Assembly: GCA_963818965.1 (NCBI GenBank)
Contig: CAWFUG010000011.1
Span: 32,001 to 96,000, forward strand
Origin: an uncultured Verrucomicrobiae bacterium
Lineage (GTDB): Bacteria > Chlamydiota > Chlamydiia > Chlamydiales > Rhabdochlamydiaceae
Direction: 5' to 3'
Length of the DNA stretch: 64,000 nt
Position 1 is the stretch's first letter. Every line of letters starts with the position of its first letter. The notes beneath the pieces were generated by a model. It was not told the DNA's origin. It saw only the letters and a list, made by a program, of their open reading frames with translations, and made no database searches. The translations under genes were made by a program, and so were the position numbers. Positions 34,260-43,817 of the stretch are shown piece by piece.

Positions 34260-34562
34260 TTGGACCCACGCGTCAAACAAAGAGAAGAGGGGATCGTCAT
34301 CTCCATCAAAGTCATTCCCAAAGCCGCTCGTAGCGCCATCGTCGGTTGGGAGAATGAGCTACTAAAGGTGCGCCTAAAAGCTGTCCCCGAAAAGGGGGAA
34401 GCCAACCGAGAGCTCATCGCCTTCCTCGCTACCACCCTCCACTGTCCCAAATCCCACCTCACCCTCCTCTCTGGCGAAACGAGCCGCCACAAAAAAGTGC
34501 TCATCACCCATATGGATGAAGAAACGTTCTTGAGTAAAATTTTTCCAAAAAACGAAGCTTAA
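34260..34562 (+). CDS. DUF167 (YggU/UPF0235) protein
   Basis: KVIPKA, LKVRLKAVPEKGEANRELI, SGETSRHK. Confidence 0.9.
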   Translation: MDPRVKQREEGIVISIKVIPKAARSAIVGWENELLKVRLKAVPEKGEANRELIAFLATTLHCPKSHLTLLSGETSRHKKVLITHMDEETFLSKIFPKNEA

Positions 34563-34636
34563 AGAACCACTACTTTTTCCATTGCAAAATCACAACCTAT
34601 GCGCTACGATTTCCCTTCTTTTTCCAGGAGGACACA

Positions 34637-35257
34637 GTGAATAAAACAGTCGGCATTTATCTATCGGGCAGCATCAAAAAGGGACACGAAAACCCGCAAG
34701 AGTCCTTTTGGACAGAAAGTGATATGACTCTACTGCGCAACAGCTTCCAGGAACATCAGGTTCTTTTTTTAAATCCCGCTTTTCGAACAGATGATCTCAC
34801 GGACCAACACTCTATATTCGGAAGAGACATGACACAGGTCTTTTGCTCTCACGTGGTTTTAGTCGATGCGCGCGATCGGAGAGGTCTCGGCGTAGGCGCT
34901 GAGATGATGTGGGCAAAAATCAACAAAATCCCCCTCGTCTCTTGGGCACCCAAAGAATCTCATTACAACAAAAGTAAAGCCACCCTTCTAGGAGTGTCTG
35001 TAGATAATTTCATCCACCCCTTTGTCTCTGGGCTCAGCGATCAGATCGTCGAGACTCTCGAAGAAGCGGCTATGTGGATTGAGAAAATGCTCTTAGATCC
35101 GTCCCTCGAAATTAAGGGAATCGAGCACATTCAAGCTGCCATGGCCTATTACCAAGAAAACCAATTGCCCACCGATTTGCCCATGCGCGAAATTTTAAGC
35201 TGCAATGCCCTCCAGCAGCGCTTCAAAAGACCTCTTCCGGAAGTCGCCCTGAATTAA
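34637..35257 (+). CDS. Nucleoside 2-deoxyribosyltransferase-like fold protein
   Basis: IYLSGSI..LNP..GRD..V....D......GVGAEMMWA pattern typical of the NDT/Rcl superfamily; AGGAGG RBS. Confidence 0.6.
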   Translation: MNKTVGIYLSGSIKKGHENPQESFWTESDMTLLRNSFQEHQVLFLNPAFRTDDLTDQHSIFGRDMTQVFCSHVVLVDARDRRGLGVGAEMMWAKINKIPLVSWAPKESHYNKSKATLLGVSVDNFIHPFVSGLSDQIVETLEEAAMWIEKMLLDPSLEIKGIEHIQAAMAYYQENQLPTDLPMREILSCNALQQRFKRPLPEVALN

Positions 35258-35267
35258 AGGAGAAAAA

Positions 35268-35603
35268 ATGAAAAAGTTTTTGGCCCTAGCTTGTCTATCC
35301 TTGAGTCAGATCCAAGCAGTAGAACACGAAGTCCAATTCGAAAACGATCGAGTCTTTGTTTCCAAGGTAGTCATAGGACCCAAAGAAGAGATCGGTCTCC
35401 ACCGCGATGCCTTACCCCAAATCGTCTTTGGAGTCAAAGGCGGGACAATCACGCGCTTAGAAGCAGACGGCAGAGAAGTCGCCGTTGCCTTTCCAACCGG
35501 CGCGTCTGTCTATCGCCCTGTCGATCCAGAAGGCGAGATGCATAGGAGCGTAAATAAATCAGACGCCCCGATCGAACTCCTCATCATCCAGCTGAAAAAA
35601 TAG
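35268..35603 (+). CDS. Secreted cupin-domain protein
   Basis: Signal peptide; FENDRV, LHRD, MHRSVN..ELLIIQLK cupin motifs. Confidence 0.75.
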   Translation: MKKFLALACLSLSQIQAVEHEVQFENDRVFVSKVVIGPKEEIGLHRDALPQIVFGVKGGTITRLEADGREVAVAFPTGASVYRPVDPEGEMHRSVNKSDAPIELLIIQLKK

Positions 35604-35658
35604 ACAACTTTTGTCCAGCAGTCTGTTGGACAATTTTTAATCTCGCAAACTGAAAAAA

Positions 35659-36777
35659 ATGAAACGAGCCCTAATAAAGTTACTCTTGTTTCCTGTTGTT
35701 GCAATACAGGGTTACGCATATGAGCTTCAAAAAGACTGGCCCGAAGTTCCAGAAATCGAACAACGTTTCATTGACAATCCCTGCGATACCCATCATCAGA
35801 TTGAAGTGTTCACTCTCAAACCGAGAGGAACAGGCCCCTTTCCAGTCGTTTTTTTATTGCACGGCCATCAACCTCCCGACCATAGCACGGGAGGGAAACA
35901 ACTCATCGAGTTAGGTTACCTTCATCCTTTTGTAAGAGAGGGTGTGATAGCCGTTGCTATTTCCATCCCAGGATTTGGCCATTCTGATGGGGATAGAGAT
36001 TTTTCAGGACCTAATTCTCAAAAGGTCGTTGCAGCTGTAGTTGACCATTTTATGCAATTTCCCTTTGTGGATCCCCAAAAAATGGGAATTTACGGGATCA
36101 GTAAAGGAGCCACTCTTGCTAGCATGGTCCACAAGTACACTCCCACCCTTTTACTACAAATTTTGGAAGCGGGTTGGTATGACCTGACCACTTGTAGTTC
36201 CTTAATGCCCGATTATCTCGAGAAAATTAAAGAAAACATAGTCATCGAAACCGGTGGATCAAAGGACAGCTTAATAGAGAGATCCGCAATCTACAATACC
36301 CAACACATCCACTGCAAAACGTTAATTCTTTTGGGCGAATTTGACGATCGAAGGACCCTCCCCTCTTCTGTCGCATTACATGACAAGCTCATTTCAGAAG
36401 AAAAAGACAGCCAACTCATCATCTACCCAAATGAACTCCATTGTTTGTCAGAAGACAAATGGAGTGCGGTTATTTCCTTTGTTAGAAAACAGTTCTTTGG
36501 CCTCTATGGCATTGGAATTAATCTTTCGCTGATCATGCCTGCCATTCACGTGGCAAAAATTCACCCCAACTCCCCTGCCGCCTTATCAAAAGCACTCCAT
36601 GTGGGGGATGTCATCCTGCGTATTTCCCCCAATAACGATGAGGAAGAAATCGACGTATTGCGCATGCCCATCCCTCAAGTGGCAGCACTGATTTTGGGAA
36701 AGAAAGGGACTGCCGTTCGTCTTCATGTCCAGCACTTCGATAAAACTCATGAAGATATCGTGATCGAGAGAGGATGA
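35659..36777 (+). CDS. Alpha/beta hydrolase (S9 peptidase-like) with C-terminal PDZ domain
   Basis: Signal peptide; LLHGH, GISKG nucleophile elbow, GEFDDR, YPNELH; PDZ GIGI..SPAA..LHVGDVI..GKKGTAVRL. Confidence 0.85.
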   Translation: MKRALIKLLLFPVVAIQGYAYELQKDWPEVPEIEQRFIDNPCDTHHQIEVFTLKPRGTGPFPVVFLLHGHQPPDHSTGGKQLIELGYLHPFVREGVIAVAISIPGFGHSDGDRDFSGPNSQKVVAAVVDHFMQFPFVDPQKMGIYGISKGATLASMVHKYTPTLLLQILEAGWYDLTTCSSLMPDYLEKIKENIVIETGGSKDSLIERSAIYNTQHIHCKTLILLGEFDDRRTLPSSVALHDKLISEEKDSQLIIYPNELHCLSEDKWSAVISFVRKQFFGLYGIGINLSLIMPAIHVAKIHPNSPAALSKALHVGDVILRISPNNDEEEIDVLRMPIPQVAALILGKKGTAVRLHVQHFDKTHEDIVIERG

Positions 36778-36916
36778 AAAAAGTTCTGATGGGAAAATTG
36801 AACTAGATACGAGTACAGCTTCTACCGTGAAGACTCTGGACGTAACAGTTGCATACAACTCTATCCCATGCTATCCTCGCTGGCCGAAGGCCAAATCCCT
36901 CTCCCAAAGAAAACCT

Positions 36917-37897
36917 ATGTCAGACGTGATCCAAGTTACCGACCTGTGCAAGAATTTTGTCGTCCGTCAAAATTTTCCTGGGATTTGGGGCGCCTTTAAG
37001 GGACTTTTCTGCGGGAAAAACCTCCCCCTACCCGCGATCAAGAGCTTATCTTTTTCCATCGCACAAGGGGAACGCGTTGCCTTCATCGGACCGAATGGCG
37101 CTGGAAAGTCGACGACGATTAAAATGCTGACCGGCATCCTCCACCCTTCCTCTGGGAAGATCGAGGTGTTAGGACTCGTTCCTTGGAAAGACCGGCACAA
37201 GCTGGGCTATCGCATCGGAACTGTTTTCGGACAGCGCACGCAGCTATGGTACCACTTGCCTCCTGCCGACACCTTCGATTTGTTGGCGAAAATCTACGAA
37301 ATCGAACACGGTGTTTATCAAAAACGGCTGAAAGAACTCATAGAAGTCTTCGAAATCACTCCCTTTCTCCACAAACCCGTCCGCCAGCTCTCTTTGGGAG
37401 AACGGATGCGCTGCGAACTCGTCGCATCTCTCCTGCACAACCCCTCCATTCTCTTTCTCGATGAGCCCACCATCGGTCTAGATATCAATGCCAAATTAAA
37501 GATTCGGGCCCTGCTTAATAAGTTGTCTCACGACTATGGAACCACCCTCTTTTTAACCTCCCATGACACAGCGGACATCGAACAGGTCTGCGAGCGCGTC
37601 ATCGTTTTGGATCAAGGCACGATCATTCGAGATAGTTCCCTCAAAGAGCTGAAGAGAACGTATACCAAAAAGAAAATCCTCACCCTCATCACAGATGTCG
37701 AAAAAATCTCCTTGAACTTGCCGGGGGTGAAGATCTTAGAAAATGATCATTACCAGTTCATCTGCGAGGTCGATGTGACAGAGACTCCTATCGACCACGT
37801 CATTCAAGAGGCCTTAAAACGCACAGGCATCAAAGACATCACCATCGAAGATCCTTCCATGGAAGAGATCATCCGCACACTCTACGCACAGGAGTGA
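36917..37897 (+). CDS. ABC exporter ATP-binding protein
   Basis: GPNGAGKSTT, VFGQRTQLW, LSLGERMR, FLDEPTIGLD; probable ATG at 36917. Confidence 0.93.
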   Translation: MSDVIQVTDLCKNFVVRQNFPGIWGAFKGLFCGKNLPLPAIKSLSFSIAQGERVAFIGPNGAGKSTTIKMLTGILHPSSGKIEVLGLVPWKDRHKLGYRIGTVFGQRTQLWYHLPPADTFDLLAKIYEIEHGVYQKRLKELIEVFEITPFLHKPVRQLSLGERMRCELVASLLHNPSILFLDEPTIGLDINAKLKIRALLNKLSHDYGTTLFLTSHDTADIEQVCERVIVLDQGTIIRDSSLKELKRTYTKKKILTLITDVEKISLNLPGVKILENDHYQFICEVDVTETPIDHVIQEALKRTGIKDITIEDPSMEEIIRTLYAQE

Positions 37898-38679
37898 AGA
37901 TGGGAAAATACCTGAAGATCTTCAGCCTAGCCGTGATCCATAGCCTTAAGAACTACAAAGCCCTGATCGGCTTGAGCATTTTTCTCATCACCTGCCTCAT
38001 CATCTTCGCCCACATTTGGAAAATCGCTGCCACTAAAACAGGAGCCATCGCCTTCCATCCCGATCAACTGCTCTGGTACATCGCTCTGAACGAATGGGTC
38101 CTCATCTCTTTTCCCGACATCCAAGAAGATATGGAACAAGATTTGCGCAGCGGCAGACTGGCGTATCTCCTCCCCCGACCGATCTCCTACCTAGCCTCTG
38201 TCTTTTGCGAAGGTCTCGGCATCCTGTGCACCAACCTCTTTGTATTGGGAATCGTGACATTTTGTTTTACCTGGATCCGCATTGGCGACGTCCCCTTCCA
38301 GCTGAGCGCCCTTCCCCTCATCATAGCCCTAGGTTTCCTCGCCGGCTGCGTGGGACTCCTTTTCCAGATGCTCATCGGATTATCGGCCTTTTGGTTGCAA
38401 CAGGTCGGCCCTTTTCATTGGATATGGGAAAAACTCCTACTCACCTTAGGCGGGCTCATGCTTCCGCTCGCCATCTACCCCCTGTGGCTACAAAAAATTG
38501 CCTACCTCACACCCTTTCCCGCCATTTTGGGTCAGAGAAGCGCCCTTGCCATCGATTTCAATCTCTCCGACGCCCTTCAGATAATGAACACTCTAATCCT
38601 CTGGGGACTTCTGGCATTCTTTGGCCTCATCCTCCTCTACCGCAGAGGCCTTCGCATTGTAAATGTAGCAGGAGGCTAG
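37894..38679 (+). CDS. ABC-2 family exporter permease
   Basis: About 6 TM; DLRSGRLAYLLPRP; overlaps the ATPase stop. Confidence 0.88.
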   Translation: MKMGKYLKIFSLAVIHSLKNYKALIGLSIFLITCLIIFAHIWKIAATKTGAIAFHPDQLLWYIALNEWVLISFPDIQEDMEQDLRSGRLAYLLPRPISYLASVFCEGLGILCTNLFVLGIVTFCFTWIRIGDVPFQLSALPLIIALGFLAGCVGLLFQMLIGLSAFWLQQVGPFHWIWEKLLLTLGGLMLPLAIYPLWLQKIAYLTPFPAILGQRSALAIDFNLSDALQIMNTLILWGLLAFFGLILLYRRGLRIVNVAGG

Positions 38680-39462
38680 ATGAACACACTTAAGTTCTTC
38701 GCAGCTCTTCTGCGCACCAGCATCCGCGCTTCGATCAGCGTCCGCGGCGCTTTTCTCTTAGAATCAGCACTGATGATCGCAAACAATCTGATCTTCGTAC
38801 TCATGTGGTGGATTTTTTTTAGGCAATTTCGAGAAATCGGCGGCTGGACACTGAAGGACATGATCGCTCTAAACGCGATTGGAATGGGAGCCTATGGCCT
38901 CATGCTCATCTGTTTCGGTGGAGTCAAGCAACTCTCTAGGATCCTCCTCAATGGCGATCTCGATCCCTTCATGACACAACCTAAAAACTTGCTGCTCCAC
39001 CTCATTTGCTCTAGATCCCTTTCCAGGGGATGGGGACTTTTGATGACAACCGCTATTCTGCTCATTTCAACCCACCTAACGAGCCCCTTCACACTCTTCT
39101 TAGTTGCCCTCAGTATGATCTGCGGCTGCTTGGTCTTTACCTCTATCGGAATCATGGCCCATAGCCTAGTCTTCTGGCTAGGTCCCGTAGAAAGCGTCTC
39201 CAGAAAGTACTGCGATTCCCTCATCATCTTCGTCCTCTACCCTTCCAACATCTACTCCGGCATCCTGCAATTCCTGATGTTCACCCTCATCCCCGCCGGC
39301 ATCATCGGCTACATCCCCGTCGAATTACTGCGCCATTTCTCCTGGCCCAACCTAGCCATCCTCATCGGCAGCTCCGCCGCCTTTTTCGCTCTGGCGTTTA
39401 CCGTTTTCTCCCTAGGCCTAAAAAGATACGAATCGGGCAACCAGTTCGGCATGCGCCTCTGA
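38680..39462 (+). CDS. ABC-2 family exporter permease
   Basis: About 6 TM; NGDLDPFMTQP, YPSNIY, GLKRYESG. Confidence 0.88.
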   Translation: MNTLKFFAALLRTSIRASISVRGAFLLESALMIANNLIFVLMWWIFFRQFREIGGWTLKDMIALNAIGMGAYGLMLICFGGVKQLSRILLNGDLDPFMTQPKNLLLHLICSRSLSRGWGLLMTTAILLISTHLTSPFTLFLVALSMICGCLVFTSIGIMAHSLVFWLGPVESVSRKYCDSLIIFVLYPSNIYSGILQFLMFTLIPAGIIGYIPVELLRHFSWPNLAILIGSSAAFFALAFTVFSLGLKRYESGNQFGMRL

Positions 39463-39578
39463 CTATAGAAAATTTCCTTTAAATCTATAATAGTTCTCTG
39501 TAAATTGGACGCGAAATTCATGTTTGGGCTTACCTGAACTTCAAGATATATACTCAATGACATGCAAAAAAACAGGCC

Positions 39579-39607
39579 TTGACAAAGCACATAGATATAT
39601 GTACACT
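39579..39607 (+). promoter_or_regulatory. Sigma66/sigma70-type promoter of hicAB with an internal palindrome
   Basis: TTGACA-N17-TACACT; the spacer contains ACATA..TATGT, a possible autorepression operator. Confidence 0.65.
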
Positions 39608-39622
39608 TAAGGAAAGTGGGAG

Positions 39623-39805
39623 ATGAAAAAAGCGGATCTTGAAAAGCAACTCTCCAAATACGGCTGGAAATTTGCTCGCCATGGGGGGAACCATGATATA
39701 TGGACAAATGGAGAGAAGCACGAGGCTATTCCTAGACATCGAGAGATTAAAGAATACACTGCGAAGAAAATACTAAAAACAGCCCAAGACAACCCTCCTA
39801 AATAA
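39623..39805 (+). CDS. hicA: HicA-family toxin (mRNA interferase)
   Basis: 60 aa; GW...RHGGNHDIW....IPRHREI. Confidence 0.9.
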   Translation: MKKADLEKQLSKYGWKFARHGGNHDIWTNGEKHEAIPRHREIKEYTAKKILKTAQDNPPK

Positions 39806-39820
39806 CTCATAGGATTTTTA

Positions 39821-40249
39821 ATGGAATTAGAAGGAAGAGTTTGGAAAGATGGAAGATGGTGGATTATCGAAGTTCCTTGTCTGAATATCACAACTCAAGG
39901 AAAAACGAAAAAAAATGCATTTGTAATGATTCAAGATGCTGTGCTCGAACTTATGACAAGTTATTTCAACAATCTGAATGAAAAATTCGAAATATCTGTT
40001 CATGAATACAACGGAGATTGCTTCGGGTTGACTTCCAATAATAACAATCTTCTTCTGTCGTTTCTTCTCATAAGACAAAGAGAAGAGAGCGGCTTGAGTA
40101 TTCGTGAAGTAGCTAAACGTCTTTCAGCTAAGAGTCCAAATACCTATGCCCAGTATGAAAAAGGCAAAATCAGTTTTTCAATAGATCAATACGAAAAACT
40201 CATACACGCCATTAATCCCAGCCGAACCACGGTTTTAAGAGTGGTATAA
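39821..40249 (+). CDS. hicB: HicB-family antitoxin with C-terminal Xre HTH
   Basis: EVPCLNITTQGKT..A..MIQDA N-domain; REESGLSIREVAKRL..YAQYEKG HTH; follows hicA. Confidence 0.88.
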   Translation: MELEGRVWKDGRWWIIEVPCLNITTQGKTKKNAFVMIQDAVLELMTSYFNNLNEKFEISVHEYNGDCFGLTSNNNNLLLSFLLIRQREESGLSIREVAKRLSAKSPNTYAQYEKGKISFSIDQYEKLIHAINPSRTTVLRVV

Positions 40250-40273
40250 AGCCTGAGTCAAGGTCTAAAAAAC

Positions 40274-40303
40274 AACCATTTTGGTGACGTCACCAAAATG
40301 GTT
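40274..40303. repeat. Perfect 30-bp palindrome
   Basis: AACCATTTTGGTGACGTCACCAAAATGGTT. Confidence 0.9.
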
Positions 40304-40307
40304 AGGT

Positions 40308-40476
40308 TATACCCCGCGCGCTTAGGAATGGTGCATTTGAGCGCGTCAAAGCCCCGCGATTCCACGATCGAAGAGGGGGTCTGTATTTTTCTTCAATACA
40401 GGCCCCCTCTTCGATCGTGGAATCGCGGGAGCTGATCAAAGGCTCAAATGCACCATTCCTAAGCGCGCGGGGTATA
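40308..40476. mobile_element. Palindromic MITE family A
   Basis: TATACCCCGCGCGCTTAGGAATGGTGCATTTGAGC ... GCTCAAATGCACCATTCCTAAGCGCGCGGGGTATA, TA at both ends. Confidence 0.9.
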
Positions 40477-40502
40477 GACTCCGGAAGCAAAAAAGAAGTC
40501 CC

Positions 40503-40613
40503 CGCACAGAGCATGGGCAGAAAATTGTCGTATCGCTGATACGACAATTGAGCTGGACTCATTTTATTGCCCTAATCCCCATCAAGCACGACATGAAGAG
40601 CGAATATTGCGAA
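40503..40613 (+). pseudogene. DUF1016 (YhcG-like) N-terminal domain relic
   Basis: Translates RTEHGQKIVVSLIRQLSWTHFIALIPIKHDMKSEYCE, the LSWTHF hallmark; no start codon or nuclease domain. Confidence 0.75.
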
Positions 40614-40743
40614 AGGACTCAGCTGCTCTATCAGAGTGCAGGTAAGATGTTTTTCTCAAAAAAATTGCTGCACTACCACTTGTATTATTTTGCTCAAAAA
40701 AGTACTATCTCCGTGAATCTACAACACGTAAGAAGGAGTAAAG

Positions 40744-41037
40744 ATGAAAAGTCTACTTGTTTTAGGGTTAGCTCTCAGTACGTTTGCTTTTGGAAATGAA
40801 TCCACGTATTCAGACGGAAAAATGGTTGAAGGGAAATATTATCCTCATCTTGAAGCAATTCATGTAAAGCAAAGCGGTATCTTTGTCGACTTTGAGGGGG
40901 AAGAACATCGAGTTGATGGACTGCATTCCGATGGACGAGGTATTTATGTTGTACGCATGCCCGTTAATGAATGGAGATGCTCAAAGGGTCATGCCAATCC
41001 ACCATGGGCTGAGCGTTGCTTAACTTGCCGTGAATAA
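40744..41037 (+). CDS. Small secreted protein with C-terminal Cys/His (zinc-ribbon-like) motif
   Basis: Signal peptide; WRCSKGHANPPWAERCLTC; AAGGAG RBS. Confidence 0.7.
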   Translation: MKSLLVLGLALSTFAFGNESTYSDGKMVEGKYYPHLEAIHVKQSGIFVDFEGEEHRVDGLHSDGRGIYVVRMPVNEWRCSKGHANPPWAERCLTCRE

Positions 41038-41910
41038 ATGAGTTCTAGAGCTTATAAAACAACCCTGCTGGCGGGATCGATTTTGTTGATCGCCGCCAGC
41101 ACTCTATGTTTTTTTAGTTGCAAGTTTTCAAGAGCTCCTGTCGCTGCTTGCGATCAAGAAGCTATTGAGAGTTTTTTTAGAAGAGTATTTGTACGGGATG
41201 GCTTCGGATATACCTTCTTTGGAAATAAGCCCGCCTCCTGCATTGGGTATTTTGATCCCATTCCTATCGACAATTGGGACAGAACTCAAGCGAATAACAT
41301 TATAAAGGAGGGCTGGGAATCTTGGAAACATAGATTGCAAAAAATTAAGATTCGAGACTACCTCTTTATAGAAGAGATATCTGAAACCGATCCTAGTTTG
41401 AAAGTTATAACCTGCGTGAACAAACGAGCTTTTGTTAAGACTGTTGATACCTATCGCGAATTATTTGAACGAGTACTACAAAGAGAGATAACTGGGATAC
41501 AACTTCTGAAAGAGTTGGAGGATCATCGAGAAGGATTATTTGATGTTGTACACCATCATGAAGGGCTCTATGGCATTTTGTTAGGTTATGGGAAAGAAAA
41601 TGCCTTCTTATTCCAAAGACGTATGAATCTTAACATTTACAACCCTTGTCCTACCTTTTCTCTATGCGAAATTCATGGAAAAGAAGCCTCTTCTCTTGAA
41701 GAAGAGACCCACTTCCTGAAAAATTTAGATACAGTTGCGGAAGACACTCCCTTATCCCCCATTTCACTCCCTGTATTCATAGGCATCAAAGAGTCTGATG
41801 AAAGTCAAAGACTCATACAGCATTATCGCTCTGTCCGTAAAGAGCTCACACAAGTCTTGTATAGCGACAATTTTATGGATAAGATCGTACATCAGCTCAG
41901 TTCTGGATAG
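41038..41910 (+). CDS. Hypothetical exported protein
   Basis: 290 aa abutting the previous ORF; N-terminal hydrophobic segment; GYTFFGNKP and GILLGYGKENA motifs. Confidence 0.75.
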   Translation: MSSRAYKTTLLAGSILLIAASTLCFFSCKFSRAPVAACDQEAIESFFRRVFVRDGFGYTFFGNKPASCIGYFDPIPIDNWDRTQANNIIKEGWESWKHRLQKIKIRDYLFIEEISETDPSLKVITCVNKRAFVKTVDTYRELFERVLQREITGIQLLKELEDHREGLFDVVHHHEGLYGILLGYGKENAFLFQRRMNLNIYNPCPTFSLCEIHGKEASSLEEETHFLKNLDTVAEDTPLSPISLPVFIGIKESDESQRLIQHYRSVRKELTQVLYSDNFMDKIVHQLSSG

Positions 41911-41964
41911 ACCGAGAGCTGAATATTGGCAACTGGAAAGAAGCATTAGGATTTTCAATGGAAT

Positions 41965-41987
41965 TATACCCCGCGCGCTTAGGAATG
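41965..41987. mobile_element. Solo terminal arm of MITE family A
   Basis: TATACCCCGCGCGCTTAGGAATG identical to the family A left end; overlaps the monooxygenase stop codon. Confidence 0.8.
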
Positions 41988-43151
41988 AGAGCGCATCGTG
42001 CGAAAATACTCAGCTGCACTCTCAGATTCCTGAACTGCAATTCTCACCCTGGCAAACATCTCCCTTTCAAATTGCTCTGTCAATCTTGGCCAGTCGATAG
42101 GTTTTGGAGAAGCAGCGAGTAGAGCTGATAAGACTCTGGCATCTTCGAGCACATTATTCCCACCGAGCGCTCGTTCTGGAGGCATGGCATGAGCGGAATC
42201 ACCTATCAGAGTCACTCTGCCCGTTGGAACCATAGGAAATTGGTCAGAGTTAGGGAATTGAGTCGTGCGTATGAACCAAGGCGCCATGATCGCTTCCGCT
42301 GGAGTATCGTGTACCAGTTTTTGCAAGTTCTCGTGCCAAGGTTCACTTCTCATCAAATACTTACAGCGCTCCAAGATGCGCATGCGCGATTCCACTCCTT
42401 GATCAAACTGATACCAAGGAGCACTGTGGTCTTTTATTTCTTCTGAAATTGCCCAGAAAATCGCAGGGCTTCTATCCTGCCTTTCTGAAAAGCAGACACC
42501 CATGTAATGGGAATTAACTCCCTGAAAACGGACGAATCCCGTTTTGTTTAGAGGAAGAAGCGCATCCCACTCTGGAGTCCGATCCATCTGTCCTCCCAAG
42601 AGGACACGATTGCTATCGACCCCCTTTGGAATCGATCCCAGGCCATTTTGGTATACTAATGGCAAAAGCTCTCTCACGGTTGATGTTGCCCCATCACATC
42701 CAACAAGCAAATCGCCCGTAGCAGATGAGCCATCTTCAAAATGAGCGATCACTCGATCGCCCTTATCTTCGAACAGGACGAGACGCTTGTTCCATTCTAT
42801 GTCGATCCCTTCCTGCAAAAGATTCCTGAGCTCTGAACGAAGAAACTGAACGGCGGCATCTTGGCCCTGTGAAACACTGAAAAAAGGTTCCATTTTTTCA
42901 TTCGTACAAGTAAATCCATCACCCACATCAGCCACCTTGGCCCTAGACAACCGACTCATTTTTTCAGGCGTTAGGAGTGCCGTTAATGCGCTCATTCCCA
43001 GCGAGCGAATTGAAATCCGATACCCTTGAGAGCGACTCGTAGGGCTCTCATCCCTTTCAAAAAGGGAGACATCGAACCCAGCCTTGACAAGGCCCTGAGC
43101 CAAAGCCAAACCACCGAGTCCCGCTCCGATAATCAATATTCGATTGCGCAT
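41979..43151 (-). CDS. FAD-dependent monooxygenase (class A flavoprotein)
   Basis: IIGAGLGGL, DLLVGCDG, RVTLIGDSAHAMPP..GGN..LEDA. Confidence 0.92.
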   Translation of the reverse strand: MRNRILIIGAGLGGLALAQGLVKAGFDVSLFERDESPTSRSQGYRISIRSLGMSALTALLTPEKMSRLSRAKVADVGDGFTCTNEKMEPFFSVSQGQDAAVQFLRSELRNLLQEGIDIEWNKRLVLFEDKGDRVIAHFEDGSSATGDLLVGCDGATSTVRELLPLVYQNGLGSIPKGVDSNRVLLGGQMDRTPEWDALLPLNKTGFVRFQGVNSHYMGVCFSERQDRSPAIFWAISEEIKDHSAPWYQFDQGVESRMRILERCKYLMRSEPWHENLQKLVHDTPAEAIMAPWFIRTTQFPNSDQFPMVPTGRVTLIGDSAHAMPPERALGGNNVLEDARVLSALLAASPKPIDWPRLTEQFEREMFARVRIAVQESESAAEYFRTMRSHS

Positions 43152-43152
43152 T

Positions 43153-43674
43153 TCAGTCTCCTTTCTCGTGACTTAGCCATTTCATTTCTGCTTCAAGATG
43201 AGAGATCCCGTATCTCAATGCCTTGAGGCGCGTTATTTTCTGGGGAAAATCCGCTATATTCTCTAGTCTCTCTTCGATTTTTTTATATTCTTCGTGCATC
43301 TTTTCCACTTTTTCGAATCTTTCCTGAAATAGCCGGATCATCTCGCTTCGATCGGTTACGAAAAAGAGTTTGAGAAGAAACTCATTACGTGGGGTTTCCT
43401 CACCTGTCGGACTTTCGAACCAAGTCTTAAATTCCATCCGTCCCATCTCTGTAATAGAAAAGATCTCTTTCTTTTTCTTTCCCACATAGACAACTTTGGA
43501 AAGCGCTTTTCCTTCTTCAGCCAAAACCCTTAACATCGGATAAATTGTCGAATCCGATTCGCGCCAGAAATAAACGGTCGATCGACCCATCAGAGATTTG
43601 ATTTCATATCCAGAACTAGGACCATCGAGGAGGATCCCCAAAATAGCGTATCGTGTTTTATTGACCAACTTCAT
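43153..43674 (-). CDS. PadR-family transcriptional regulator
   Basis: YAILGIL..SGYEI..YFWRESDSTIYPML, ITEMGR, EFLLKLFF. Confidence 0.92.
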   Translation of the reverse strand: MKLVNKTRYAILGILLDGPSSGYEIKSLMGRSTVYFWRESDSTIYPMLRVLAEEGKALSKVVYVGKKKKEIFSITEMGRMEFKTWFESPTGEETPRNEFLLKLFFVTDRSEMIRLFQERFEKVEKMHEEYKKIEERLENIADFPQKITRLKALRYGISHLEAEMKWLSHEKGD

Positions 43675-43817
43675 GAAAAATACCCAGTTTCTAGGTATAT
43701 TACCTGAAATGGCGACTTTTCAGAAAGGCGAATCATTTTTTTAGAAAACAGATACAGGGATGTATCCCTGGATGAATGAAAATTTGAAACGGGGAATCGG
43801 AACGTTTCCAAATTTAA

